IMG/VR virus record: IMGVR_UViG_3300020045_020040
Location: 1-25,629 of that record
DNA length: 25,629 bases
Direction: 5' to 3' (one strand)
DNA from: a virus
Lineage: Duplodnaviria; Caudoviricetes
The notes below the pieces were generated by a model. The model ran no database searches and had not been told where the DNA came from. It saw only the letters and a list, made by a program, of their open reading frames with translations. Shown in pieces: positions 9,903 through 19,136 of this stretch. Within the stretch, counting starts at the first letter, position 1. Each line of letters begins with the position of its first letter. The translations under genes and the position numbers were made by a program.

Positions 9903-10050
9903 TTAACATCAAACATAACTGCGTCACTTATAATAAACTATAGAAGTCTATTTCGTCTATAAATCAATAAGAATCTATTTTAGTCTTTTTTTAGTTGATC
10001 AATAAATATTTTGTTTAAAATAAGAAACTTTTATATTTTCATTTATATGC

Positions 10051-10058
10051 TATCTTTG
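10051..10058 (+). promoter_or_regulatory. Bacteroidota sigma-A -7 element (TAnnTTTG)
   Basis: TATCTTTG about 25 nt upstream of ATG 10083; no clear -33 TTTG. Confidence 0.45.
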
Positions 10059-10082
10059 CTAAAACTAATTATTAATTATGCC

Positions 10083-10697
10083 ATGAATCCTTCACATAAA
10101 ATCATTACAGCTGTAGGAACCAAGGGCTTAATCTGCCTTTATCCGAAAAGAAACTATTGGAAATCATTAAGGTGGCCATTACTTATTTCTTTAATTCTTA
10201 CAACTTACGTGGCATTCTCAGAAGAAAATTTCATAATAATAATTAGTTTCTTAAGTGATAGAATTCTTTCATCGGTACCAACTATTCTGGGTTTTATTCT
10301 TACTGGGTATGCATTAATAATTGGTTTAACCGGTACTGATACAGTGCAAAAAATGTCTAAAAAGAATGATGATGATTCAATCTCTCTTTTTCAAAAAGTA
10401 AATTCAACATTTGCCTTTGTCTTAATTTCTTTAGTCTTTATTGGGCTAATTGGTTTTATTGTTTTATTCATAGTTAAACTAAAACTTACTACAGATTTAC
10501 CTGAAGATATTATATGCTTTTTTAATATTATAACTATCTGGTTTCTTGTGTTATGTATGTCATACGCATTATTTGCAATAAAAGATATTGTAATAAATGT
10601 CTTTAATTTTGGGCAGTATGTTCATTCTCTCAATTTTATAAAGAACATACAGGAAATTGAATATAAGACTCACGAAAAAGATCCAGCAGAAAATTAA
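10083..10697 (+). CDS. Four-TM membrane protein (cargo/moron)
   Basis: The ORF track start is 10011 (TTG). ATG 10083 is preferred because it follows the -7 element. Four hydrophobic segments, including VPTILGFILTGYALIIG. Confidence 0.7.
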   Translation: MNPSHKIITAVGTKGLICLYPKRNYWKSLRWPLLISLILTTYVAFSEENFIIIISFLSDRILSSVPTILGFILTGYALIIGLTGTDTVQKMSKKNDDDSISLFQKVNSTFAFVLISLVFIGLIGFIVLFIVKLKLTTDLPEDIICFFNIITIWFLVLCMSYALFAIKDIVINVFNFGQYVHSLNFIKNIQEIEYKTHEKDPAEN

Positions 10698-11560
10698 CTA
10701 CTTTTTGTGTCTCTTTTAAATAGATTAAGGACCTTTAGCCTAATTTGAGTAGTCAAATCATCAATGTATCTGACTTGTTCTATCCTAGGGTGATCTGCTG
10801 TGTTTATTTTAACAACCTTACCATTTTCCATGAATTTTGCTTCAGCAAATCCATTTGATTGGCTTAATTCTAATTGTCCAGCAATAATGCTTGATTTGTT
10901 TATTTTCATCGCATTATTCTTTGCGCATTTATAATTTGTCTCAATTATTTTGGCGCCCATTTCCTGATATTGCTCATTTATTTCTGCAGCCCAATCTTCG
11001 TCATTGTCGTTATTAGAATATGATACTCTTACAAATACGGTGTAAACTCCATCTGCAGATATAATACGTTCAATGTCTTCACTCGTTTTCTCGCTATTTA
11101 TTGTTATATCTTCATTTGGACTTAATATATTTTGAAATGCTTCTTCAAGAAAACGCATTATCTGCATAACTGATATTTTCCCATTATGATGTAAGACTAT
11201 CCTGTGGGCGCTAGGGATAAAATAATATTTTGCGGTTCTTGCATTTGGCCCAATATTTTCATCATATTCCCTTCTTTCTAAATCGTTTGTTTTTGCATTG
11301 TATGCTGGTAGATCTGGATTTAGCTTTGTAAAGCTCACCAATTCCCCATGTATATTATCTGTACCCACACCATGAATTGTTTTGATTCTAATAAATCTAT
11401 CACTCCAGGTATTAATTTCAATTCCTTGATCATATATAGATTTAAAGTACTCTGCGTATTTCTCGGGTATATGATTACTAACCGGTGATAATACTAGGTT
11501 TAGAATTTCAATTTTCTGGTATTTCTCAATCTGTCTTGTGTCTCTAATTACGTCTTCCAT
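10694..11560 (-). CDS. Hypothetical cargo protein, resembles DUF4747 family
   Basis: 288 aa; motifs PNARTAKYYFIPSAHRIV, VSYSN, SQSNGFAEA and INTADHP recalled as DUF4747-like (not searched). Confidence 0.6.
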   Translation of the reverse strand: MEDVIRDTRQIEKYQKIEILNLVLSPVSNHIPEKYAEYFKSIYDQGIEINTWSDRFIRIKTIHGVGTDNIHGELVSFTKLNPDLPAYNAKTNDLERREYDENIGPNARTAKYYFIPSAHRIVLHHNGKISVMQIMRFLEEAFQNILSPNEDITINSEKTSEDIERIISADGVYTVFVRVSYSNNDNDEDWAAEINEQYQEMGAKIIETNYKCAKNNAMKINKSSIIAGQLELSQSNGFAEAKFMENGKVVKINTADHPRIEQVRYIDDLTTQIRLKVLNLFKRDTKSS

Positions 11561-11602
11561 GGCCGTATTATTAATGTTTTACTCTAAATAGTTATTTAAA
11601 GT

Positions 11603-11764
11603 CTATATTTTTGTATTTTTCTGATTTAGTAAATATTCCTTAAGTGTTGATTCTGATAATTTTGTTTCAATTTTTTCTTTTTCTGTCTCCAGGTCTGCAA
11701 TCTTCCTGGATGAAATCTCGAGGAGTTTATCAAACATATCTTTCCAATATTCATTTTTCTCCAT
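11603..11764 (-). CDS. Small coiled-coil hypothetical protein (53 aa)
   Basis: MEKNEYWKDMFDKLLEISSRKIADLETEKEKIETKLSESTLKEYLLNQKNTKI*; overlaps the end of the upstream ORF and fills the gap; below the ORF-track cut-off. Confidence 0.5.
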   Translation of the reverse strand: MEKNEYWKDMFDKLLEISSRKIADLETEKEKIETKLSESTLKEYLLNQKNTKI

Positions 11765-12050
11765 CGCTTATTTCTTCCATTAGATCTATAAAAAAACCAC
11801 TTTCAATAACGGATTTGTGATCAAACTGATTTGCATAAACTTGCACCATGCCATGTAATAAACCCATAGGAAAATTTTCCATGGTATTATAAACTATATA
11901 GGTTTCATTATCTGGAATATCAACAAAAATGAGTTTGATCCCAAGTTCTTTTGCAAAGACTGATAAAGACCGTTTTGTCGGACTAGTTTTCATAAGAGTC
12001 TGTTCATACCTAAGTGTGAACGGATATCTATTACATTTTAATGTTTTCAT
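11751..12050 (-). CDS. Hypothetical protein
   Basis: 99 aa ORF whose start overlaps the upstream stop codon by 1 nt. Confidence 0.6.
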   Translation of the reverse strand: MKTLKCNRYPFTLRYEQTLMKTSPTKRSLSVFAKELGIKLIFVDIPDNETYIVYNTMENFPMGLLHGMVQVYANQFDHKSVIESGFFIDLMEEISDGEK

Positions 12051-12304
12051 TAAGGTTGTAATGATATAATGGCATCTTCCAACTTCTCTCCTAAATCATA
12101 AAAAGTTTTTGTCAAAGTTGATCCACAAAAGTTATTTGATACAGCAACCATATAAGATCCAACTAAATCAGGATGGTTTTCAGCATAACCTTCTCCAAAA
12201 ACTTGATCAATTGAATTTTTTGCACTTGAAAGATTTAAGAAGACCTGATATTCTGAATCTTTCATTAATAAAGCTAAGTCTGTTGTCATGTTTGAAATTT
12301 TCAT
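12050..12304 (-). CDS. Hypothetical protein
   Basis: 84 aa, IDQVFGEGYAENHPDLVG motif; downstream of and co-oriented with the repressor. Confidence 0.65.
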   Translation of the reverse strand: MKISNMTTDLALLMKDSEYQVFLNLSSAKNSIDQVFGEGYAENHPDLVGSYMVAVSNNFCGSTLTKTFYDLGEKLEDAIISLQP

Positions 12305-12399
12305 GATTGTGGGTATTAGATTTTCTATTATAATTACTTGTTGAAAATATTCATCTCTAACAATTACTAGATTCTTCTAATTACTTCTAAATAGCAAAT

Positions 12400-13062
12400 C
12401 TATTTAATAGACATGCACATTAGAACTCTATACATACCAATTATATATCTTGAATCTACTTCAAAAGGTGCATAAGTCTCTTGATCCGGATTAATAGATA
12501 CACACTTTAGATAGTTTTCTTTTTCTGAAGGTCTAACTTGCTTAACTATTGTTCCATTTACTGTATCAAGTACATAAACCTTTCCCCATTCAATAAAAGC
12601 ACTCTCATTAATTTTCTTGATTAATATCTTGGATCCAGATGGATATTCTGGAGCCATGCTATTACCTGCAATTGAAATGGCATAATCAGCTCCTACGATT
12701 GGTGATATTATGATTTCGCATTCGTTTTTCTTTATGGACATAACAAAGTCATTCAATGATCCGGCTTGCGCGCTAACTGGTAAAAGTGGTATGTGAATAC
12801 CATTTGATATTTCTCGATCGGAAAAAGGTTTGTTTGATGATGAATTATTATTTGTTGTTTTCAACATTTCGCCTTCTCCTGTCAATAACCATCCTGTATT
12901 AAGATCTGGAAAGTGTTTAGATATGCTATTCACTTTATCAGGTTGAATTGATATTCTAATATTGCTTATATAGCTTGTCGACAATCCACATTTTATTTCA
13001 AAGCTGCGTACCGACATTTTTTTATATTTAATATATGTCTTAAGTCTCTCTTGCACAGTCAT
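12400..13062 (-). CDS. CI-like repressor (HTH plus S24 peptidase)
   Basis: N-terminal HTH ending WLLTGEGEM; VSAQAG cleavage-site region; GNSM catalytic Ser; TIVKQ catalytic Lys. Confidence 0.92.
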   Translation of the reverse strand: MTVQERLKTYIKYKKMSVRSFEIKCGLSTSYISNIRISIQPDKVNSISKHFPDLNTGWLLTGEGEMLKTTNNNSSSNKPFSDREISNGIHIPLLPVSAQAGSLNDFVMSIKKNECEIIISPIVGADYAISIAGNSMAPEYPSGSKILIKKINESAFIEWGKVYVLDTVNGTIVKQVRPSEKENYLKCVSINPDQETYAPFEVDSRYIIGMYRVLMCMSIK

Positions 13063-13217
13063 ATGAAAATTATTTTAAAAATAAATTGAGAAATGCTCAA
13101 AATTATTTGGATAGTATCAATCATTACTATATATTTGTACCATGTTAGTAATATGTAACACGACAAATTTAGTAAATAACATTTAATAACTACCCTAATC
13201 ATTTAATTTTTAATAAA
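13063..13217. promoter_or_regulatory. Lysis/lysogeny switch: divergent promoters and operators
   Basis: Rightward TTTG (13106-13109) N20 TATATTTG (13130-13137). Palindromes ATAGTA-N8-TACTAT (13111-13130) and TTGAG-N5-CTCAA (13086-13100). Leftward -7 candidates at 13098-13105 and 13164-13171. Confidence 0.7.
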
Positions 13218-13460
13218 ATGACATTAAAAGAGTATTACAAAGACCTTGGAAAGAAGTCCACTCCGCAAAAAGAATTCCGGGAATTAATTGCCCGCGAATG
13301 TGGCGTATCTGTGATGACCGTATTTAGATGGCTTTCTGATGATCCTAAAGTAAAGATCGTACCTGAAAAGCTGAAGCGCGAAAAACTGGCTGAATTGACC
13401 GGTCTTACAATTGAAGAATTATTTCCAAATTTTAATGAAGATGGAACTGAAGCAATTTGA
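13218..13460 (+). CDS. Cro-like HTH regulator
   Basis: 80 aa, IARECGVSVMTVFRWL helix-turn-helix; divergent from the repressor. Confidence 0.85.
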   Translation: MTLKEYYKDLGKKSTPQKEFRELIARECGVSVMTVFRWLSDDPKVKIVPEKLKREKLAELTGLTIEELFPNFNEDGTEAI

Positions 13461-14004
13461 GTTTTATGGAACTCCGTCCGGTGAAGTCATGATTTCCGGA
13501 TCCGATAAATCGGTGACGGTTTATGATCAGTCAAACAAAGAGTTTACCAATGCCATGATTTATGCCATTTGTGAATTCTATCCGGAAGCCTTCACTGCTC
13601 TTTGCGATCAGTATTCAAAAAGCAAGCTTAATCCGGATTACTACAATTACTTAATTGTGCATCGTTTCATCAGGTGCAATTTCATTAAGTATGACAATAT
13701 TCAGGATATTGACCACAATGGTATTTTCCATTTTGAATTTGTGAGCTGCCCTCTCCGGGGTGAATGCAAATATTGCGGAATCATCTGCCAACCAAAGTTC
13801 AACACGAAGTTGTCTGATCGGGAAATGCAGGTCATGAAACTTTACTATGAGTCTGCAAAGGTGGAAGATATTGCTGAAAAGCTTTTTATCAGCATACTGA
13901 CGGTTAAAATGCACAAACGGAATTCTCTGGCTAAACTGGGACTTCACTCTCTCTCGGAATTCATTTCCTATGCAAGTAGAAACAAAATGTTTGAAAACGA
14001 ATAA
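13441..14004 (+). CDS. Transcriptional regulator with Cys cluster and C-terminal LuxR-type HTH
   Basis: CPLRGECKYCGIIC followed by LSDREMQVMKL...IAEKLFISILTVKMHKRN; ATG 13441 preferred over 13411. Confidence 0.85.
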   Translation: MELKQFEFYGTPSGEVMISGSDKSVTVYDQSNKEFTNAMIYAICEFYPEAFTALCDQYSKSKLNPDYYNYLIVHRFIRCNFIKYDNIQDIDHNGIFHFEFVSCPLRGECKYCGIICQPKFNTKLSDREMQVMKLYYESAKVEDIAEKLFISILTVKMHKRNSLAKLGLHSLSEFISYASRNKMFENE

Positions 14005-14031
14005 GTATTACTAACAACCTTAATAAAATTA

Positions 14032-14268
14032 ATGACTATGTGCCAAATTAATATGATTACTGCTGAAGAAGCTAAAGCTATCTCTTATGAGTTTAATACG
14101 GTCGATGAAGCTATTAGAAAAGCTGCATCTGAAGGTTTAACAAGTACAAAAGTTGAGTTAAAAGATAAAGAGACTTTTGATGTTGTTTCTGATTACTTAC
14201 AGAAGCTTGGTTTTAATGTTGAAAGAGATCCATATACAATCGTTATGAATATAAGCTGGTCAATTTAA
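14032..14268 (+). CDS. Hypothetical phage protein
   Basis: 78 aa ORF in the early operon; start may be the later Met (MITAEEAK). Confidence 0.65.
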   Translation: MTMCQINMITAEEAKAISYEFNTVDEAIRKAASEGLTSTKVELKDKETFDVVSDYLQKLGFNVERDPYTIVMNISWSI

Positions 14269-14292
14269 AATAGCATTAAGCAACAAACATTT

Positions 14293-14835
14293 ATGAATAC
14301 AATAGCACTTGCCAAGATCAATAATGTTGCCATTCAGTTGGTGACTGATAATTCCCAAAAACTTGTTCCTATCAGGCCAATTTGTGAAGCGCTTGGAATT
14401 GATTATAAATCGCAATTTCAGAAGCTGAAAGATGATGATTTTTTGAGTTCAACTGTGGTGCTCAGCACCACAGTTGGAGGTGATGGAAAAGACAGAGAAA
14501 TGACTTGTTTGCCTCTTGAATTTGTCTTTGGATGGCTTTTTACCATCAATCCTAAGAACGTTAATCCAGATGCCAGGGAATCTGTTGCAAAGTACCGTAT
14601 TGAATGTTATCGTGCCCTTTACCGTCATTTTGCTGCTCAAGCGGAATTCTTAGCCGTTAAACAGGAAATGATCAGTGAGAAGCTTGAAAAGTACGAATCA
14701 GTCCGGAGTGATTTCCAATCTGCTGATAAACGCCTGAAGGAAGCCAAGGCTGATCTGTATAAAGCCAAGGATTATTCTTTTGAGGAATGGGACTTCCAGA
14801 ACAGGCAGACAATAATTGCGTTTCAAAACGAATAA
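14293..14835 (+). CDS. Phage antirepressor N-terminal domain protein (P22 Ant-N-like)
   Basis: VPIRPICEALGIDYKSQFQKL...DGKDREMTCLPLEFVFGWLFTINP matches the P22_AR_N pattern. Confidence 0.85.
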   Translation: MNTIALAKINNVAIQLVTDNSQKLVPIRPICEALGIDYKSQFQKLKDDDFLSSTVVLSTTVGGDGKDREMTCLPLEFVFGWLFTINPKNVNPDARESVAKYRIECYRALYRHFAAQAEFLAVKQEMISEKLEKYESVRSDFQSADKRLKEAKADLYKAKDYSFEEWDFQNRQTIIAFQNE

Positions 14836-14894
14836 GAAAAAGCGATAATCTGTTTTTAGAAAATAACCAGATTTAATCCCCTAAATCTAATATC

Positions 14895-15326
14895 ATGATC
14901 ACATTAAGTCCTCTTGCGCTAGTCAGCGTGAATGCCCTCACTGTACTATTTTTCATATTGTTAATTAATCGTTATTTTGAACTCGATTCAAAAAAGTCTA
15001 ATCAGCAAACAACAGTTTCACCGGAAAAGGAATCAAAATCAGAAGAGTCCAGGGTCTATTTTATATCCGTAATCTTGAAAAAAGAGGCTATGAGTAAAGA
15101 GGATGAAAGGATCTTTAAACACCTCCTTCCTCTCAGCCATCGGACTATTAGTGACAGCAATTTAAACTTTTTAAAAACATATGTAGATTCTTTCTGTGTG
15201 GAAGAATTACAGATACAGCCGGTAACATTCCAGATTACCAGGTCATGGAATAGCTATACCCATTTTGTAACTGTTGGGGATTTTGCGGAATTGACTTTAA
15301 AACGAATCAAATCAGAATTATTATGA
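14895..15326 (+). CDS. Hypothetical protein with N-terminal TM helix
   Basis: 143 aa with a hydrophobic N-terminus. Confidence 0.6.
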   Translation: MITLSPLALVSVNALTVLFFILLINRYFELDSKKSNQQTTVSPEKESKSEESRVYFISVILKKEAMSKEDERIFKHLLPLSHRTISDSNLNFLKTYVDSFCVEELQIQPVTFQITRSWNSYTHFVTVGDFAELTLKRIKSELL

Positions 15327-15595
15327 TACAAATCTTGATTGCAAAATGCGGAGAACTAACGGCTAGTATTGGTAAAATACGAAATGGAAGTGTCAATATC
15401 ATTCTCAATTTCAATCCTATACCTAAGCATAATTTTACGGATTTGATCCAGGATTCTCCTTTGGTTGTGAATGTCAGCCATATTGCCAGGTATGATGATA
15501 GTCTTGGAGGAATGGCCTTAAATATCATTAGTACAGCTACAGAGGAAAACCTTTTAACCCTTTTAGAAGAGACTTTACCAAAACTATTAAACTAA
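15323..15595 (+). CDS. Hypothetical protein
   Basis: 90 aa, ATGA overlap with the previous gene. Confidence 0.6.
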   Translation: MIQILIAKCGELTASIGKIRNGSVNIILNFNPIPKHNFTDLIQDSPLVVNVSHIARYDDSLGGMALNIISTATEENLLTLLEETLPKLLN

Positions 15596-15613
15596 CTTTT
15601 AATCGCTCATAAA

Positions 15614-15913
15614 ATGAACTATACCATTTCAGATCCAAATAAGGAAAGATCAATTAAGATCACATCCAGCATTATCGGTTTCCGTTCAAATCGCACCAAA
15701 GTACGCTGTTTTTTCGAGAAGGAATATGTCCTACCATTTGCTGATCATCTTAGGGATCTTCGCATCCCGGCTGAAGACGTTACTATTTCAGACAGTACTC
15801 CATCCGGAGTAATAATCATTGAATTTATAGGGGATGTCCCATCAGAAAAAATGCAGCTTCTCAGAATAAAAGGTGCTTTCATCACTTTTTTAGAGAAGAA
15901 GATAGCTCAGTAA
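15614..15913 (+). CDS. Hypothetical protein
   Basis: 99 aa ORF with AT-rich leader, in the operon. Confidence 0.6.
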   Translation: MNYTISDPNKERSIKITSSIIGFRSNRTKVRCFFEKEYVLPFADHLRDLRIPAEDVTISDSTPSGVIIIEFIGDVPSEKMQLLRIKGAFITFLEKKIAQ

Positions 15914-15967
15914 TTTCTTACCACTAAAGGTCCATAAACCTAAATTTCAATTGAAAATCATAAAATT

Positions 15968-18814
15968 ATGATATCAGAATTACAAATAAAGGAAGTACTT
16001 GATCGCTCGGAGATCGTTGATGTAATCGGTGATTTCATCCAACTAAAACGTAAAGGCCGCGACTTCGAAGCAAATTGTCCTTTTCATGAGGAAAAGACCG
16101 GTTCCTTCAAGGTTTCTTCATCCAAAAAGATGTGGCATTGTTTTGGATGTGGAAAAGGTGGAAATGTCATTGATTTTGTGAAGGAATTTACAAACATGCC
16201 TTTTGCCGATTCTTTAAAAACTGTTGCTTCGAAATCTGGTATCATCCTGGATGAAAAGAATGGTATCCGGGAACCTTCTGCAACCATGAGTAAGGTTACA
16301 CCTCAGGATGTTTTTACCTGGGAGAAAAAAGCATTCACCAAAGCTGAACTGCTTGTTCTTGGCCGAAATATCACTGCTGAGATCTGTGAGAAAGAATTCT
16401 ATCTTTTTTCTGCAACTTTTTACATCTCTCCTAAAAATGCCAAAGGTGAAAGCTGGAAGATTGAAGGCACGGATGATTACCCAATCTTTATTTATGACTA
16501 CGGTACCTGGGGAAAAATATATCAACCACTATCCAAGGACTATCGTTTTTCATATTTTGGAGAAAAGCCGGATAATTGGATTCATGCTGATTCAAAGACC
16601 GCTGGTTTAATAGCAAAGGCCAGAAATAAAGAACTTCCTTATTATGATCCTAAAGATCCGGAAGGTGATGAAAGAATGGATAATCTTATACTTGTATCTG
16701 GTGGGTCTGATGCCTTAAATGCATATGCAGCGGGGTTTCATGTTTGTTATCTAAATAGCGAAACGGCTGAATTGACGGACTATGATTTTAAGAATTTGAT
16801 TTCTCCAATTGCAAAAGATATATACATCCTTTATGATCAAGACACAACAGGTATCAAACAAGCTTATAAGATAGCACTACGATTTCTGGACAGGGTTAAG
16901 GTTGTACATCTTCCATCTGATTTATCCCGTTTTCGTGACCGCAAAGGAAAGCCCTGCAAGGATATCAAAGACTTTTTCAACTGCTATAGATCTCAGAAGC
17001 ATCCAAACAATACTTTTTATTTCAAACAAATCGTAAGATCTTCTCTTTCACTCTGTTTCTGGATGGAAAAGTATGACAAGAAAACAGGAGACCTGACCGG
17101 TTATGATATCAATAATGAACAGCTGTATGGTTTTTTGAATGCTAATGGTCTTTATACTGCCGCCAATGAGCAATCCAGAAAAGGGTTCACATATGTACAG
17201 ATTGATCAAAACATAGTAACAGAAATCAATGATGAAGAACTGCAGCCTTATGTTGGGTCAATGTTGGTCCAATTCTTAAAAGATAACCTGCAGTATTTTA
17301 ATATTTCACTGATAAATGCTGTTCACCGGTCTAACCAGGTTAAGATTGGTTCCCTGGAGAAGATCAGCCGGATACAGATGGATATGAAGAGTTTTTCAGA
17401 TGAAGAGGATTATCTGTTTTTTGAAAATACGGCTGTCAGGGTTAATAGGTCAGGTATTGAAACGGTGAAGCTTGAAAATGTGGGTAAGTATGTATATGCA
17501 GATAAGATCAAAGATTTTCATTTTCACAAACTTTCAGCTCCTTTTGAAATTAACTATTCAGAAAAATATCTGCAGGCGAAAAAGGATTTTGATCATTTGG
17601 ATCCGAAAGATTCTGAGTTTTTGATCAAGAAAAGATCCTTTGAACGTTTCAACCCCCTGGAACGCTTCACGCTGCAGATTAATGATCCTGATTTTTGCAT
17701 GTCAAAATTTGTCTACAACACTGGCCGTACTTTCTGGCGTAAACAGGAGATGAAAATTCCATTGACGGAACAAGAAAAACAGGAACATGATCTACATTAT
17801 ATCTCTAAAGTTGCCGCTATTGGATACCTGCTTTACAGATTCAAGGAAAAATCCCGCGGATATATGGTCTATGGTATGGAGACTGAACTCAGTGATGTTG
17901 GAAATCACCTTGGAGGTACTGGTAAATCTATGTTTTTTGAAATGCTGGAGTGGTGTCGCACTGTTTTCTTCAGGGATGGCCAGAAGGTAAAGAAAGATGA
18001 TGATGATACGATGTTTGCTGGGGTAAAAAAGGGTATCACGGATGTCATCTACTTTGATGACTTACATAAGAATGTGGATCTTCACTATTTTATGCCTATG
18101 GCCACCTCTAAAATGACGGTACGAAACCTTTACGAAAATCAGGTTATCATTGATTTTGAGGACTCACCAAAAGTGGCTTTTACGTCCAATCACCCAATTG
18201 ACAACTTTGACGCTTCTTTGCGTAGGCGTTCATGGTTTCTTGGATTCTCTGATTATTATCATGCTGAGGACTTGCAACATGGGATAAGTGAACGATCTCC
18301 ACGTACTGAATTTGGCAAAAACATTCCTGGTGATCTTTCTCCTGAAGACATGAATAAGTTTTACAATTTCATGGCTTACTGCCTGCAGACTTATATGAAG
18401 TTTCGTGTCCGGATCAATCCTCCAATGGAAAGCATTGAAAGGCGTACAATTCAAAGGAAAATCACTGATGAATTCATTTGGTGGGCTGATGATTATTTGA
18501 CTGATGATAAATTAAATACTGATATCGGAAAGATTGATTTGTTTGAAGCATGGAAGACAACACTATCTGATAACGTTCAGAAGTCAGTTCGAATGAAAAC
18601 GCTCCGTGAGAAGTTGGTACTATACTGTCAATTTAAAGGTTATGAATTCTGCCCGGATGAAGTTTTAAAGACAGAGACAGAAAAACAGCGCAGGGAGATC
18701 CGTAAGTCTGAAGGGGGTATTGATATTTATTACTACCACATCCGGACAAACAAAAAAGAGGATGATAGCCTTGATTTTGATGCTGTTCAAAATAAGGATG
18801 GTAATCCTTTTTAA
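15968..18814 (+). CDS. Primase-helicase fusion (CHC2 zinc finger, TOPRIM-like, P-loop NTPase)
   Basis: CPFHEEKTGSF...WHCFGCGKGG; ILVSGGSDAL...LYDQDTTG; Walker A GGTGKS, Walker B IYFDD, FTSNH and SLRRR (SF3-like). Confidence 0.88.
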   Translation: MISELQIKEVLDRSEIVDVIGDFIQLKRKGRDFEANCPFHEEKTGSFKVSSSKKMWHCFGCGKGGNVIDFVKEFTNMPFADSLKTVASKSGIILDEKNGIREPSATMSKVTPQDVFTWEKKAFTKAELLVLGRNITAEICEKEFYLFSATFYISPKNAKGESWKIEGTDDYPIFIYDYGTWGKIYQPLSKDYRFSYFGEKPDNWIHADSKTAGLIAKARNKELPYYDPKDPEGDERMDNLILVSGGSDALNAYAAGFHVCYLNSETAELTDYDFKNLISPIAKDIYILYDQDTTGIKQAYKIALRFLDRVKVVHLPSDLSRFRDRKGKPCKDIKDFFNCYRSQKHPNNTFYFKQIVRSSLSLCFWMEKYDKKTGDLTGYDINNEQLYGFLNANGLYTAANEQSRKGFTYVQIDQNIVTEINDEELQPYVGSMLVQFLKDNLQYFNISLINAVHRSNQVKIGSLEKISRIQMDMKSFSDEEDYLFFENTAVRVNRSGIETVKLENVGKYVYADKIKDFHFHKLSAPFEINYSEKYLQAKKDFDHLDPKDSEFLIKKRSFERFNPLERFTLQINDPDFCMSKFVYNTGRTFWRKQEMKIPLTEQEKQEHDLHYISKVAAIGYLLYRFKEKSRGYMVYGMETELSDVGNHLGGTGKSMFFEMLEWCRTVFFRDGQKVKKDDDDTMFAGVKKGITDVIYFDDLHKNVDLHYFMPMATSKMTVRNLYENQVIIDFEDSPKVAFTSNHPIDNFDASLRRRSWFLGFSDYYHAEDLQHGISERSPRTEFGKNIPGDLSPEDMNKFYNFMAYCLQTYMKFRVRINPPMESIERRTIQRKITDEFIWWADDYLTDDKLNTDIGKIDLFEAWKTTLSDNVQKSVRMKTLREKLVLYCQFKGYEFCPDEVLKTETEKQRREIRKSEGGIDIYYYHIRTNKKEDDSLDFDAVQNKDGNPF

Positions 18815-18825
18815 AACCTAAAGTC

Positions 18826-19125
18826 ATGGATCTATCTGTTCATAAGTTGAATTTTATCAGCGATATATTAGCCATGAGAGCTAAGAATCCAGAGAAGTTT
18901 GATGTTTATACCAATCGTGTTTGTGAGATCATTTATGGTCTTCATCCTGGAGATAGATATAAAATTGAAAAGGTCCCAATCAATTCACAACCGGTCTTTA
19001 TTAAGATTGTTTGCATGTTGATCACTGAAGGAACGGATGTGCTGTTTACGGATGATTTTACAGAGATATTTTGCCCGTTACCTGCTCCGGTTATTATGAT
19101 AAAAGAAATGCCTCTATCATCTTAA
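18826..19125 (+). CDS. Hypothetical protein
   Basis: 99 aa ORF 11 nt after the primase. Confidence 0.65.
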   Translation: MDLSVHKLNFISDILAMRAKNPEKFDVYTNRVCEIIYGLHPGDRYKIEKVPINSQPVFIKIVCMLITEGTDVLFTDDFTEIFCPLPAPVIMIKEMPLSS

Positions 19126-19136
19126 AAATATCAGTC

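Larger units (their letters stand above)
9741..9991. repeat. Putative integrase arm-type binding repeats flanking the att core
   Basis: AGTCTATTTC at 9751 and 9945; variants TGTCTTTTTT 9741, AATCTATT 9761 and 9972, AGTCTTTTTT 9982; inverted copy AAATAGACT at 9805-9813. Confidence 0.55.

Noticed and set aside
9884-9910. Complete tRNA or tmRNA gene
   Set aside because: Only the 3' ~17-19 nt match; the T-loop is broken and no 5' half is present.
12331-12385. AATTACT three times downstream of cI
   Set aside because: Short AT-rich word in AT-rich DNA with irregular spacing.
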